From contig JBKDKX010000006.1 in NCBI GenBank assembly GCA_046344715.1, positions 96,826-160,825 of the forward strand: a stretch of DNA of 64,000 bases. Reading direction: 5' to 3'. The notes under the pieces are model-generated. The model had not been told where the DNA came from. It made no database searches and was given only the letters and a program-made list of their open reading frames with translations. The translations under genes were made by a program, and so were the position numbers. The stretch is from Alphaproteobacteria bacterium (GTDB lineage Bacteria; Pseudomonadota; Alphaproteobacteria; Rickettsiales; SXRF01). Within the stretch, counting starts at the first letter, position 1; each line of letters opens with the position of its first letter. Below are positions 1-9,226 of this stretch, in pieces.

Positions 1-1453
1 CCGCCATTGCCGGATTATCGCGGTGACGCGCCACAAACTCCGTCGCCGGATGGAAGAAGGAACGCAAATACCGCCCCATGTTATACGCAAGCTTACGGCC
101 GACGAGGTCAAGCGCCTGAATACCGTTCGTGCCTTCATAGATCATGGTGATGCGCGCATCACGCATATATTGCTCAACGCCATATTCAGTAATAAAGCCA
201 GCACCGCCATACACCTGCACGGTGTGTGAGGCCATCTCGAAGCCACCATCGGTGAGATAGGATTTGGTAACCGGCGTCATAAGCTGCACGAAATCATCAC
301 ATTCCTGCTGCACATTTTTATCCGGGTGGCGATGCGCCAGATCAATTTTGAGTGCCATCTCCATCGCAAGCGCACGCGCGCCTTCACAGAAGGATTTCTG
401 CGTTAGAATCATGCGGCGCACATCAGGATGCACGATGATGGGGTCGGCTGGTTTATCCGGCATTTTTGCACCGGTGAGTGCACGCATCTGCAAACGGTCT
501 TTCGCATAGCTAAGCGCATTCTGATATGCCACTTCGGCAATGCCAAGACCCTGCACGCCTACATACAGGCGGGCGGCATTCATCATGGTAAACATGGCGC
601 GCATGCCTTTGTGTTTCTCACCTACCAGATAGGCTTTGCAACCTTCATACGTCATCACGCAGGTGGGAGACGCATGAATACCCATTTTGTGCTCAATGCC
701 GTCGCAGCGTACCTTATTGCGCTCGCCAATTGAGCCATCTTCATTCACATGGAATTTGGAGGAGATAAAGAGCGAAATACCTTTAATGCCAGCAGGCGCA
801 TCCGGCAGGCGCGCCAGAATCAAATGCACAATGTTTTCAGTCATCTCATGCTCACCTGAAGAAATAAAAATCTTACCGCCGGTGATGCTGTATGAGCCGT
901 CCGCATTGGGTTCTGCTTTCGTGCGAATAAGCCCTAAGTCCGTGCCGGCCTGTGGCTCAGTTAAGCACATCACGCCCGACCAATGACCAGTAACCATCTT
1001 CGGCAAATAGCGTTTTTTGAGATCATCGGAAGCATGCTGAATGATCGCGTTATATGCACCGTGCGAAAGCCCGGGCGTTAAACCAAATGACAGGTTAGAG
1101 GAACACACCATTTCCATCAGCGGCATGTTGAGCACATCGGGAAGCCCCTGCCCGCCATATTCAGGATCACAAGTGAAGGACGGCCAACCACCTTCCACAT
1201 AAGTGGCGTACGCTTCCTTGAAACCATCCGGCATGGTAACCACGCCATCTTTATATCTAAGCCCCTGCTTGTCCGCCGTTTGGTTGAGTGGAAACAGCAC
1301 TTCTTCACAATATTGAGCGGCTGCTTCCAACACCGGATTCATCAAATCCGGCCCGGCATCTGCAAAACCCGGCACATCTTTATACTGGCTAATATTCAGG
1401 TAATCATTCAAGATAAACTGGAAATCACGTACGGGTGCTTTGTATACGGGCAT
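1..1453 (-). CDS. Acyl-CoA dehydrogenase, long FadE-like form; the 3' end runs off the window
   Basis: Missing from the ORF track because there is no stop inside the window. Hand translation of the minus strand from the ATG at 1453-1451 stays open to base 1: MPVYKAPVRDFQFILNDYL...CLTEPQAGTDLG...KIFISSGEH...MIYEGTNGIQALDLVGRKL. These are typical ACAD motifs. Confidence 0.85.
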   Translation of the reverse strand, partial: MPVYKAPVRDFQFILNDYLNISQYKDVPGFADAGPDLMNPVLEAAAQYCEEVLFPLNQTADKQGLRYKDGVVTMPDGFKEAYATYVEGGWPSFTCDPEYGGQGLPDVLNMPLMEMVCSSNLSFGLTPGLSHGAYNAIIQHASDDLKKRYLPKMVTGHWSGVMCLTEPQAGTDLGLIRTKAEPNADGSYSITGGKIFISSGEHEMTENIVHLILARLPDAPAGIKGISLFISSKFHVNEDGSIGERNKVRCDGIEHKMGIHASPTCVMTYEGCKAYLVGEKHKGMRAMFTMMNAARLYVGVQGLGIAEVAYQNALSYAKDRLQMRALTGAKMPDKPADPIIVHPDVRRMILTQKSFCEGARALAMEMALKIDLAHRHPDKNVQQECDDFVQLMTPVTKSYLTDGGFEMASHTVQVYGGAGFITEYGVEQYMRDARITMIYEGTNGIQALDLVGRKLAYNMGRYLRSFFHPATEFVARHRDNPAMA

Positions 1454-1512
1454 AAAAACCTCAGAATTATGAAGTTTTATGGTAGCAAATCGACGCTAAG
1501 AAAGCGTTAAGT

Positions 1513-2580
1513 TCACGCCTTCAAAACGCGGTTTTTACGGTTATATTGCATGGAAGACCAAAGGGATAACAGGATAAAGCCCAGCCCAATCAACCCTGTG
1601 ATAATCTCTGACACATGCATGGTCATAGATAGTAGCATGATGGCCGCCAGCGCCCCGATGCCCCAATGCGCGCCGTGCTCCAGATACACATATGCATCTA
1701 GCGTACCTTTACGCACCATGTAGATTGTCATCGAGCGCACAAACATCGCTCCAATACCCAACCCGATCATGATAATTACCACATCTTTGCTTATGGCAAA
1801 CGCGCCAATCACGCCGTCGAGCGAGAAGGATGCATCGAGCAACTGCAGATACATAAAGCCCATAAAACCGGCATAACCCACTGATTTTGTAGCGTGCTCC
1901 GCTGCATCCTCACCACCGCCACACAAGGTAGTAAGGCTGCCAATCGCCACATACAATACCACGCCGATAATGCCTGCAAGCAGCGCACCATGTTGTTCAT
2001 GTTCCGGTAATAGAGATTGCATAATAAGCAGCAAGGTAATCGCCACAATCACCTCGGCTGATTCCAGCTTGCCTACTTTGGCGAGCTTGCTCTCCAGCCA
2101 GTGTATCCAGTGAATATCCTTGCCTTCATCCAGCACGAATTTCAGGAACACCATAAGCAGAAACATGCCGCCGAAAGCCGCAATCGCAATGTGTGAATCC
2201 AGGACGTGTTTGCTATATTCATCGGGCTTTTCCAGCGCCAGATGCCCCACATCCCACAATGGCAGACCGGTAGCAAATGCCACAATAACCAGCGGGAATA
2301 AAAACCGCATACCAAACACCGCGATTAAAATACCCCATGTCAAGAATCGCTGCTGCCATTTCTCGCTCATATGACGCAGCACCGTGGCATTCACCACAGC
2401 GTTATCAAACGAGAGGGATACTTCCATGATGGTAAGGAGTGTGGCGATAATCAGGCCATTCACACCCGCCCACATATAAGCAAGTACCAGCCCAACGATG
2501 GTAACGATGAAAGAGAGGGTGAAGTATTTCATAAACCCCGCATAAGCGAAGCGCATTGCGGGGTCCGGTTCGCTAAACAT
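1513..2580 (-). CDS. TerC/DUF475-family integral membrane protein
   Basis: 355-aa multi-pass membrane ORF with an EVSLSFDNAVVNATVL motif that I associate with the TerC/DUF475 family. Confidence 0.6.
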   Translation of the reverse strand: MFSEPDPAMRFAYAGFMKYFTLSFIVTIVGLVLAYMWAGVNGLIIATLLTIMEVSLSFDNAVVNATVLRHMSEKWQQRFLTWGILIAVFGMRFLFPLVIVAFATGLPLWDVGHLALEKPDEYSKHVLDSHIAIAAFGGMFLLMVFLKFVLDEGKDIHWIHWLESKLAKVGKLESAEVIVAITLLLIMQSLLPEHEQHGALLAGIIGVVLYVAIGSLTTLCGGGEDAAEHATKSVGYAGFMGFMYLQLLDASFSLDGVIGAFAISKDVVIIMIGLGIGAMFVRSMTIYMVRKGTLDAYVYLEHGAHWGIGALAAIMLLSMTMHVSEIITGLIGLGFILLSLWSSMQYNRKNRVLKA

Positions 2581-2614
2581 TCTGAATTAATTATTTGCAT
2601 GATTCTTTTTCCTA

Positions 2615-2640
2615 AAACCAGACCCCGCCATTCGGCGGGG
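2615..2640 (-). terminator. GC hairpin (ccccgcc/ggcgggg) downstream of the 3-hydroxyacyl-CoA dehydrogenase gene; the 26-nt sequence recurs at 25877-25902
   Basis: aaaccagaccccgccattcggcgggg contains a 7-bp GC stem with a 4-nt loop. On the minus strand it is followed by tctggtttt. It lies between the stop at 2650 and the next gene's start at 2580. Confidence 0.55.
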
Positions 2641-2649
2641 CTTACATCA

Positions 2650-5007
2650 TTAGTTCCTCAGCGGTTTGCCCGTAGTCAGGATATGCTCAATGCGCGCTAG
2701 TGAATCTTTATGCTTCACCAGCTCCATGAAGGATTCAAACTCAAGGTCAAGAAGTTGCTGCTCGGTCAGCGGCTCGGACATATCGGTATCACCACCGGAA
2801 AGTACCACCGCCAGATGCTTACACACCACCACATCATGCGGTGTTGCTTTGCCTGCTGCCTTGAACCCATCCACCGCCATGTTCATCGCAACCTTGGCAG
2901 ACTTGCCCGGCAGATGCAGCACAGACTGTTCCGGAGTTTTATAATCTTTCGCCATTTCCAAGCAGCGCGCTTTGGCATCAGCCAGCACGCGCACGCGGTT
3001 CATAGTTATACCATCCGTCTCGCGGATGATTTTCATATCACGCGCTTCTTCAGCTGACATGCACACTTTGGCGGTAGCAATCGCTTCAAATACTTTGGTG
3101 ATGGCAGGCATGGCACCACCTGTTGCCATCAAATTGCCGATCATCCCCCCTGAAGAACCTTTGTTTTCCCCAAGCTGGCGAATGAGCATCTCCTTACAGC
3201 CGCCCCACGCCGGGATCAGGCCAACACCCACTTCCACCAACCCTGCATAGGATTCGATATGCGCCTGCACCGCATTGGAATGCAGCACGATCTCGCAACC
3301 ACCCCCAAGCGCACGGCCCGTGAGCGATGCCACCACAGGGAACGGTGCATATTTAAGTGCCATCACCGCGTGCTGGCCAGCACGAATCACTTCGCCAATC
3401 TGTCCCCATGCTGCAATATTTGCTGCCATCAATACGAAGCCGAGGTTCGCACCAACAGAGAAATTATCCGCATCATTGCCAACCACTAAGCCTTTGAAAT
3501 TCTGCTTCACCGTGCCGATGGATTGCTCGATCATCGAAAGAATATCCGGATCCACCGAGTTCATTTTTGATGTGAGTTCTAAACACGCAATGCCATCACC
3601 CAAATCCCACAGTGATGCTGAAGCATTCTTCGCAACCGGCTTGGTGGTGAGCTTAATATCAGAAACCATCAGCGAACCACTCGGCGGGATAATCGCCTCA
3701 TACTGGCCACCAATAGTGAAGGCCTGGCGCCTGCCAGCTTCTGCGCCATACAGTTTTTTGCCGCGTGCTTTTTCGATGATCGCAGGAACGGACTTACCAT
3801 CCGCCTTCAACTGGTCGGCAAACCAATCTACGCCCAGGCGGTCAATCATTTCAAATGGGCCGTACTTCCAGTTATAACCCATCTTCATTGCATCATCGAT
3901 ATCGGCGATATGGTCAGAAATTTCCGGTACCAGTGACGCCGCATAATGCAGCGTGCCAAGCAATACAGAGCGTGCATACTGCCCGCCAATATCCTTATGC
4001 GACATGAGTGCGGCCATGCCGGATTTTGCTGCCTCAATACTCGCGAGCTCCACCTTTTTCGGTTGCGTATAATATTCGCCGGTTTGCAGATTGATGACTT
4101 CTTTTATCTTTTTGTCATCCACCTTGTTCACGCGATAAAAACCACCTTTGCCTTTGCGGCCGGTGTAGCCATCCGCGATCATTTTGGTGACCAGTGCGGG
4201 CTCCTGATACGCCGTATTGAATGCATCGCTCGCCGGAAGCGTTGCTTTCATTTCACGCGCAATCAGCGGCATCAAATCAATACCGATGAGGTCAAACAAC
4301 CCGAACACGCCGGTCTTTGGAATACCAACAGGCTTGCCCATCACCGCATCGGCCTGTTCAACTGTAATGCCGAGGCGAATCGCTTCCGTCAACCCCTGCA
4401 TCAGCCAGTACACGCCAATACGGTTGGCGATAAAGCCCGGCGTATCCTTGCAATGCACCACGCCTTTGCCCAAATGCACATCAGCGAAATTGCAGATAGC
4501 ATCAAAGGCCGGTTTCTCGCACGCACCCTGCACCACTTCTAGCAAGCGCATATAGCGCGGCGGGTTAAAGAAGTGGGTGATCATGAAATGTTTTTTGAAG
4601 CCGTCAGAGAAGCCTTTGGTTAGCTCATGCAGTGGAATGGTGGAGGTGTTGGAAGAAACCACCGCATCAGGCTTACGTACCGACTCGATCTTTTTATACA
4701 CATCATGCTTTACTTCCAGCTTTTCGAGCACCACCTCGATAATCCAGTCGCAGTCGGCCAGCAGCTTCAAATCATCTTCCAGATTGCCACAGGTGATCAG
4801 CTTGGCGCGGTCTTTATGTACAAAACCGGCGGGGCTGGCTTTAAGCTGCTTTTCTACAGCAGATTCAGTGAGTTGGTTACGATTTGCGGCATCTTTAGGC
4901 ACAATATCGAGTAAAACCACCTTGGTGCCCGAATTAGCGACCTGCGCGGCAATGCCACTGCCCATCACACCCGAACCCAAAACACCCACTTTTTTGATAT
5001 TTGCCAT
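2650..5007 (-). CDS. Bifunctional 3-hydroxyacyl-CoA dehydrogenase / enoyl-CoA hydratase (dehydrogenase domain N-terminal)
   Basis: 785 aa. N-terminal Rossmann motif VGVLGSGVMGSGIA, a HACD-type middle region, and a C-terminal crotonase-like ALGGGCEIVLH. An aagga SD lies upstream of the ATG. Confidence 0.85.
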   Translation of the reverse strand: MANIKKVGVLGSGVMGSGIAAQVANSGTKVVLLDIVPKDAANRNQLTESAVEKQLKASPAGFVHKDRAKLITCGNLEDDLKLLADCDWIIEVVLEKLEVKHDVYKKIESVRKPDAVVSSNTSTIPLHELTKGFSDGFKKHFMITHFFNPPRYMRLLEVVQGACEKPAFDAICNFADVHLGKGVVHCKDTPGFIANRIGVYWLMQGLTEAIRLGITVEQADAVMGKPVGIPKTGVFGLFDLIGIDLMPLIAREMKATLPASDAFNTAYQEPALVTKMIADGYTGRKGKGGFYRVNKVDDKKIKEVINLQTGEYYTQPKKVELASIEAAKSGMAALMSHKDIGGQYARSVLLGTLHYAASLVPEISDHIADIDDAMKMGYNWKYGPFEMIDRLGVDWFADQLKADGKSVPAIIEKARGKKLYGAEAGRRQAFTIGGQYEAIIPPSGSLMVSDIKLTTKPVAKNASASLWDLGDGIACLELTSKMNSVDPDILSMIEQSIGTVKQNFKGLVVGNDADNFSVGANLGFVLMAANIAAWGQIGEVIRAGQHAVMALKYAPFPVVASLTGRALGGGCEIVLHSNAVQAHIESYAGLVEVGVGLIPAWGGCKEMLIRQLGENKGSSGGMIGNLMATGGAMPAITKVFEAIATAKVCMSAEEARDMKIIRETDGITMNRVRVLADAKARCLEMAKDYKTPEQSVLHLPGKSAKVAMNMAVDGFKAAGKATPHDVVVCKHLAVVLSGGDTDMSEPLTEQQLLDLEFESFMELVKHKDSLARIEHILTTGKPLRN

Positions 5008-5255
5008 AGAGTTAAATCCTTAATGAAGCTGCATGAAACAGGATTAGCAGATTTTTAAGACAGAGCATAGCGAAACTAACTTCATGAAACCTTAATAAAA
5101 AGTCCGTAAATTTGCGTTAATATTAAGACCTCAACGAGGAACCGGAATGGTCTGAAGAACATAAAGAAACACTGAGCAGTGAACTTGCCAGATGGCACAA
5201 ACTGGAACAACAACGCGCAGCAAGAGAACGTAATTAAAATTTATAAAGGATTTAT

Positions 5256-5990
5256 ATGAACGAAAAAAACTCAGCAAACCACATTTCAACCACAGTGGGC
5301 GGTTATGATGTAACAATTAGCCTGCAGCAAAATAAGAATTTCATTGTGCATGCAAAAAATCAGGCCGTATCCATATTATTATATAAGGCCGCGAAGGAAG
5401 CATTGGGTGACAATGTAAAATTTCCTGAGCATACTGGTTTCTTGTATGGCAACTTTGAGGTAAGTTCCATGCCGGTAACAGGACATGCTATAAGTGCTGC
5501 AGATATATCAGCAATAGCGAGCGCAGTGAATGCAGAGTATCCGAATCGTAAAGCCATTATTGACGCAACACTAGAGGCACGAAAGTACTTTACCGAAGCT
5601 GAGAAACATGAAGAAGCACTAAAGAAGGCGCATGATGTGGTAGATCATCTGGCAGGGGTTACAGAACATTATATGCGTGATAAAGGCACTCCCATAACGC
5701 TACCTGAAACCAGAGCGCTCGCACATAAAATGGCGGAAGCGTATGTTGCGGATGCAAAGATTGCTAAAAAAGCCGATGCTGCACCAAAGAATTTATCATC
5801 AAAAGAAGCGCGTGATGCGGTAATGCATATGGCAGGTGTCGCTCAGAAATTTCTGAATGAGATTGGCAAACCAATAGATAATCAGGAATTACAGGCATTA
5901 GTTGATAAAATGGCTGAGGCGCATATTAAGGATTCGTCCATTAAGAGTAGAATTAATACCTCGGGGAGCGAGCTAACTATTAGGGTGTAA
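5256..5990 (+). CDS. Hypothetical protein with an internal duplication of about 45 aa
   Basis: 244-aa ORF in an AT-richer insert. Two related segments are AHDVVDHLAGVTEHYMRDKGTPI..ALAHKMAEAYVADAKI and ARDAVMHMAGVAQKFLNEIGKPI..ALVDKMAEAHIKDSSI. I do not recognise a family. Confidence 0.5.
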   Translation: MNEKNSANHISTTVGGYDVTISLQQNKNFIVHAKNQAVSILLYKAAKEALGDNVKFPEHTGFLYGNFEVSSMPVTGHAISAADISAIASAVNAEYPNRKAIIDATLEARKYFTEAEKHEEALKKAHDVVDHLAGVTEHYMRDKGTPITLPETRALAHKMAEAYVADAKIAKKADAAPKNLSSKEARDAVMHMAGVAQKFLNEIGKPIDNQELQALVDKMAEAHIKDSSIKSRINTSGSELTIRV

Positions 5991-6035
5991 TGAATCCGGC
6001 CGCGTAAATATTGATATATAACTTGGCAATACATA

Positions 6036-6506
6036 ATGTTTGGAAGACACCCTGAAACGCCACCACCTCCTGCTGATCCGGAAGGCACCATACGCATCGG
6101 TGGTGTGCGGGTAAGCGTTAAGGCAGAGGCAGACCACATAGCGGTCACACTGCACGACAAGCGCATCTTACATTATAAATTATTTACGGTTATCGACGCA
6201 CACCTTCACGAAAAAGGCTTCAGGCTCATCTCGGGCTCAATCAGGCAAACGGGGATGGAACGGCAAGGCATTTCGTTGATAAGCCAAGCATCATTATCCT
6301 GCATAGCACACAGGAAAATACGATGCCACTCACAGCAGAATCCATTGAAACTTGTTGCAAGGAGCTGTCAGAACGCATTCCCGATTCAGGCAAACTCACG
6401 GAAGCATTTGGAAATGTCGAACATCGCAGGAGAAACGAAGCAATTACTGAAAGATTTCGAACAAATGGCGGACAAGGAAGGGCTTGAATATGAAATTTTG
6501 GGATAA
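6036..6506 (+). CDS. Hypothetical protein, possibly degraded
   Basis: 156-aa ORF. The second half reads poorly, and an alternative 55-codon frame (MPLTAESIETCCKELSERIPDSGKLTEAFGN...) overlaps it from about 6322, so frame integrity is doubtful. Confidence 0.3.
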   Translation: MFGRHPETPPPPADPEGTIRIGGVRVSVKAEADHIAVTLHDKRILHYKLFTVIDAHLHEKGFRLISGSIRQTGMERQGISLISQASLSCIAHRKIRCHSQQNPLKLVARSCQNAFPIQANSRKHLEMSNIAGETKQLLKDFEQMADKEGLEYEILG

Positions 6507-6942
6507 ATTTAAGGACAAGAAAAGAAGCAATCAATTCACGCTCGATGCAACATCGCGCAAAGCCGAAGAGCTTGTGTTTATTGTAAGGGATATTGAGATA
6601 GCCGTAAAGAAATTGTCCGCAAATGAAGGTATTGCTGAAGTACATTTTCGCGGTGGCACGGAAGACGAGCGAAGCAGCCTCTCTACATTATTGCTAACAA
6701 AGATCCCAGATGAATTCGGTTATGCAATGCGTAGCGGGAGTCCAGTCAGCGGAGACCCAGAAGTTAGGCGCACAGCAAGATATGATGAAGATTACATACT
6801 CTTTAGCTCTCCAGATGATGTCCCATTGGTTGATTTCCGAAATCCAGCTCCAACAAAACCACCCGTGACCTTCGAGGTGCTAAGCCATGCCGCAGAAAGT
6901 ATTGAACGGAAGTATAAAAGCAGGATTTTAGGCGAAGGCTAA
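6484..6942 (+). CDS. Hypothetical protein
   Basis: 152-aa ORF (MNMKFWDKFKDKKRSNQF...). Its stop overlaps the stop of the convergent thiolase gene. No recognised motifs. Confidence 0.4.
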   Translation: MNMKFWDKFKDKKRSNQFTLDATSRKAEELVFIVRDIEIAVKKLSANEGIAEVHFRGGTEDERSSLSTLLLTKIPDEFGYAMRSGSPVSGDPEVRRTARYDEDYILFSSPDDVPLVDFRNPAPTKPPVTFEVLSHAAESIERKYKSRILGEG

Positions 6943-8063
6943 ATCTTCTCCAGCACCGTCGCCATACCCATGCCACTACCCACACACAGTGCAGAAAGCG
7001 CATATTTTTTGCCATGCTTATGAAGTAGCTGCGCAGCCTTACCGGTCACACGCGCACCTGAAGCACCGAGCGGATGGCCGATAGCAACCGCCCCGCCATC
7101 AATATTGAGTTTGCTCTCATCAATGCCGAGTTCTTTAATCACCGACATCGCCTGCACCGCAAATGCTTCATTGAGTTCAATAATATCAATATCAGCAAGG
7201 GTAATACCAGCACGTTTCAGTGCCTTGAGTGTGGCTTCCACCGGCCCAAGCCCCATGATCTCCGGCTCCAAGCCAGAAACCGCCATGCTTTTAATGCGGG
7301 CGAGTTTAGGCAGTTTGTGCTTATCGGCATAGGCCTCACTGGCCACCATCACCACCGATGCGCCATCCGTAACCGGCGAAGATGTGGCAGCGGTTACGGT
7401 GCCAGCAGCATCAAATGCCGGTGCAAGTGTTGCCATTTTCTCTAAGGTGGTATCAGCCCGCACGCACCCATCCACACTTACGGTTTCTTTTCTGTGGATA
7501 ATATGGATAAGCTCGCCTGATAAATCAGCTTTTGCGGCCTTAACATGGCTGGCGAGTGCAAATTTTTCTTGGCTCTCACGAGCGATATTATATTTCTTAG
7601 CGAGGTTTTCTGCCGTGAGTCCCATCGATAAATAGGCATTAGGCATCACCTCATACAAATCCGGATTCGGTGATGGGTTAAAACCACCCATCGGAATGCG
7701 CGACATGGACTCCACACCCGCAGCAATGAATAACTCGCCCGAACCGGTAACAATTTTCCCAGCAGCCATGTGCACCGCTTCCATGGACGAACCACACCAA
7801 CGGTTAATGGTTGAGCCAGCAACAGTAAGCGGCAAGCCTGCAAGCAGCGCGGTCATGCGGCCAATATTGAATCCCTGCTCACCTTCGGGGAACGCACAGC
7901 CCACGATCATGTCTTCAATGTCAGCAGTGTTGAATGATGCTTTAGCCAGCACACCTTTAACCACTTGTGCCAGCAAATCATCCGGGCGCATTTTGGCGAG
8001 CTGGCCTTTATTGGCAGGGGTAAACGGCGAACGCCCATAGGCGCAGATTACGGCATTTTGCAT
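6939..8063 (-). CDS. Acetyl-CoA C-acyltransferase (thiolase)
   Basis: Thiolase motifs INRWCGSSMEAV (active-site Cys) and the C-terminal GHPLGASGARV...CVGSGMG. I moved the start to M38 (MQNAVICAYGRSPF, ATG 8063-8061, ggagag SD). The track's 37-codon extension reads through a palindromic repeat. Confidence 0.85.
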   Translation of the reverse strand: MQNAVICAYGRSPFTPANKGQLAKMRPDDLLAQVVKGVLAKASFNTADIEDMIVGCAFPEGEQGFNIGRMTALLAGLPLTVAGSTINRWCGSSMEAVHMAAGKIVTGSGELFIAAGVESMSRIPMGGFNPSPNPDLYEVMPNAYLSMGLTAENLAKKYNIARESQEKFALASHVKAAKADLSGELIHIIHRKETVSVDGCVRADTTLEKMATLAPAFDAAGTVTAATSSPVTDGASVVMVASEAYADKHKLPKLARIKSMAVSGLEPEIMGLGPVEATLKALKRAGITLADIDIIELNEAFAVQAMSVIKELGIDESKLNIDGGAVAIGHPLGASGARVTGKAAQLLHKHGKKYALSALCVGSGMGMATVLEKI

Positions 8064-8076
8064 AGACTCTCCTTGT

Positions 8077-8159
8077 GTCATCCCTGCGCAGGCGGGGTCT
8101 AATCCTCCTCTTGCGCTGGCATGTGTGGCGATAGGGATTCCCGCCTTCGCGGGAATGAC
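8077..8159. repeat. Palindromic intergenic element of about 83 bp with GTCAT...ATGAC termini (family 1)
   Basis: Left arm gtcatccctgcgcaggcggggtc. The right arm gggattcccgccttcgcgggaatgac is the reverse complement of gtcattcccgcgaaggcgggaatccc. Each arm holds its own small hairpin. A half copy lies at 58547-58575. Confidence 0.7.
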
Positions 8160-8218
8160 AGTATAATTTAGCAAAAAACCCTTACTTTTTCGTTAGTTTT
8201 TGCTAGATTGCCCTGCCT

Positions 8219-9226
8219 ATGAACCAGTTTGAAACCGATATTGTGATTGTTGGCGCAGGCCCTGTGGGGCTTTTCGCCATTTTTGAGGCTGGCATGCTTA
8301 AAATGCGCTGCCATGTGGTTGATACGCTTGAGGCCATTGGCGGGCAGTGTGCCGCACTTTACCCCGAAAAACCAATTTACGACATTCCCGCCTACCCCTC
8401 CATTATGGCGGCGGAACTCATCAACCGGCTGGAAGAACAGGCTGAGCCGTTTGCGCCGGTCTACCATCTCGGCCAGCGTGTGGATAAGGTACAAAAAACC
8501 GCATCAGGATTCAGTGTGGAAACTTCCACCGGCAACTCCATCAGCTGCAAAGCCATCATCATCGCAGCAGGTTGCGGCGCCTTCGGGCCGAACCGCCCAC
8601 CGCTTGAGAAACTCGAAAGCTATGAAGGCAAAAGCGTATTTTATCTGGTGAACAAGCGCGAGAATTTCCGCGGCAAAAAAGTGGTGATTGCTGGCGGCGG
8701 CGATTCCGCAGTAGACTGGGCAATATCTCTTTCTGAACTCACCGAAAAATTATACGTGGTGCACCGCCGCGATAAATTCCGCTGCGCGCCGGAAAGTGCT
8801 GATAAGATGAAAGCGCTCGCCGATGCCGGAAAAATTGAAATGGTTGTACCTTACCAGCTGCATAGCTTAGAAGGCGCAAATGGGCAGCTTTCCGCCGTAA
8901 ATGTGGCAACACTTGATGGACAAGTGAAGAAGCTCGATGCCGACACGCTCCTTCCCTTCTTCGGTCTTGCGATGGAGCTGGGGCCGATTGCCGCCTGGGG
9001 GCTTAACCTCAACATGAACCATATCACCGTGAAGCAATCCACCTGCGAAACCTCCGCGCCGGGAATTTTCGCTATTGGTGACATCGCGACCTATGAGAAT
9101 AAACTAAAACTCATCTTATCAGGCTTTTCAGAAGCAGCCTCTGCCGCTCATGCCGCTTATAAGCTGGTACATCCGAATGAAGCGCTGCACTTTGAATATT
9201 CTACATCCAAAGGTGTTCCCGCATGA
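8219..9226 (+). CDS. Thioredoxin-reductase-like ferredoxin--NADP(+) reductase / FAD-dependent oxidoreductase
   Basis: 335 aa. FAD motif [31 protein letters not shown], and a second dinucleotide motif [14 protein letters not shown]. Confidence 0.7.
   Translation: MNQFETDIVIVGAGPVGLFAIFEAGMLKMRCHVVDTLEAIGGQCAALYPEKPIYDIPAYPSIMAAELINRLEEQAEPFAPVYHLGQRVDKVQKTASGFSVETSTGNSISCKAIIIAAGCGAFGPNRPPLEKLESYEGKSVFYLVNKRENFRGKKVVIAGGGDSAVDWAISLSELTEKLYVVHRRDKFRCAPESADKMKALADAGKIEMVVPYQLHSLEGANGQLSAVNVATLDGQVKKLDADTLLPFFGLAMELGPIAAWGLNLNMNHITVKQSTCETSAPGIFAIGDIATYENKLKLILSGFSEAASAAHAAYKLVHPNEALHFEYSTSKGVPA

Noticed and set aside
5140-5235. Open stretch translating to DLNEEPEWSEEHKETLSSELARWHKLEQQRAARERN*
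   Set aside because: It has no start codon after the preceding in-frame stop. At best it is a C-terminal fragment of a lost gene. It is mentioned under the island finding and not called as a feature.
6322-6489. 55-codon alternative frame (MPLTAESIETCCKELSERIPDSGKLTEAFGN...) inside the 6036-6506 ORF
   Set aside because: I cannot decide between the frames from sequence alone. It is kept as a note on possible degradation rather than a separate CDS.
8064-8174. N-terminal extensions offered by the ORF track: thiolase +37 aa, secA +22, rpsF +33, fabD +11, icd +10, the 16419 membrane ORF +17, lipoprotein 29478 +18, and dnaB TTG +12
   Set aside because: The extensions run through repeats or terminator hairpins, or they lack an SD. 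Internal ATGs with good SDs coincide with the conserved N-termini of the families.
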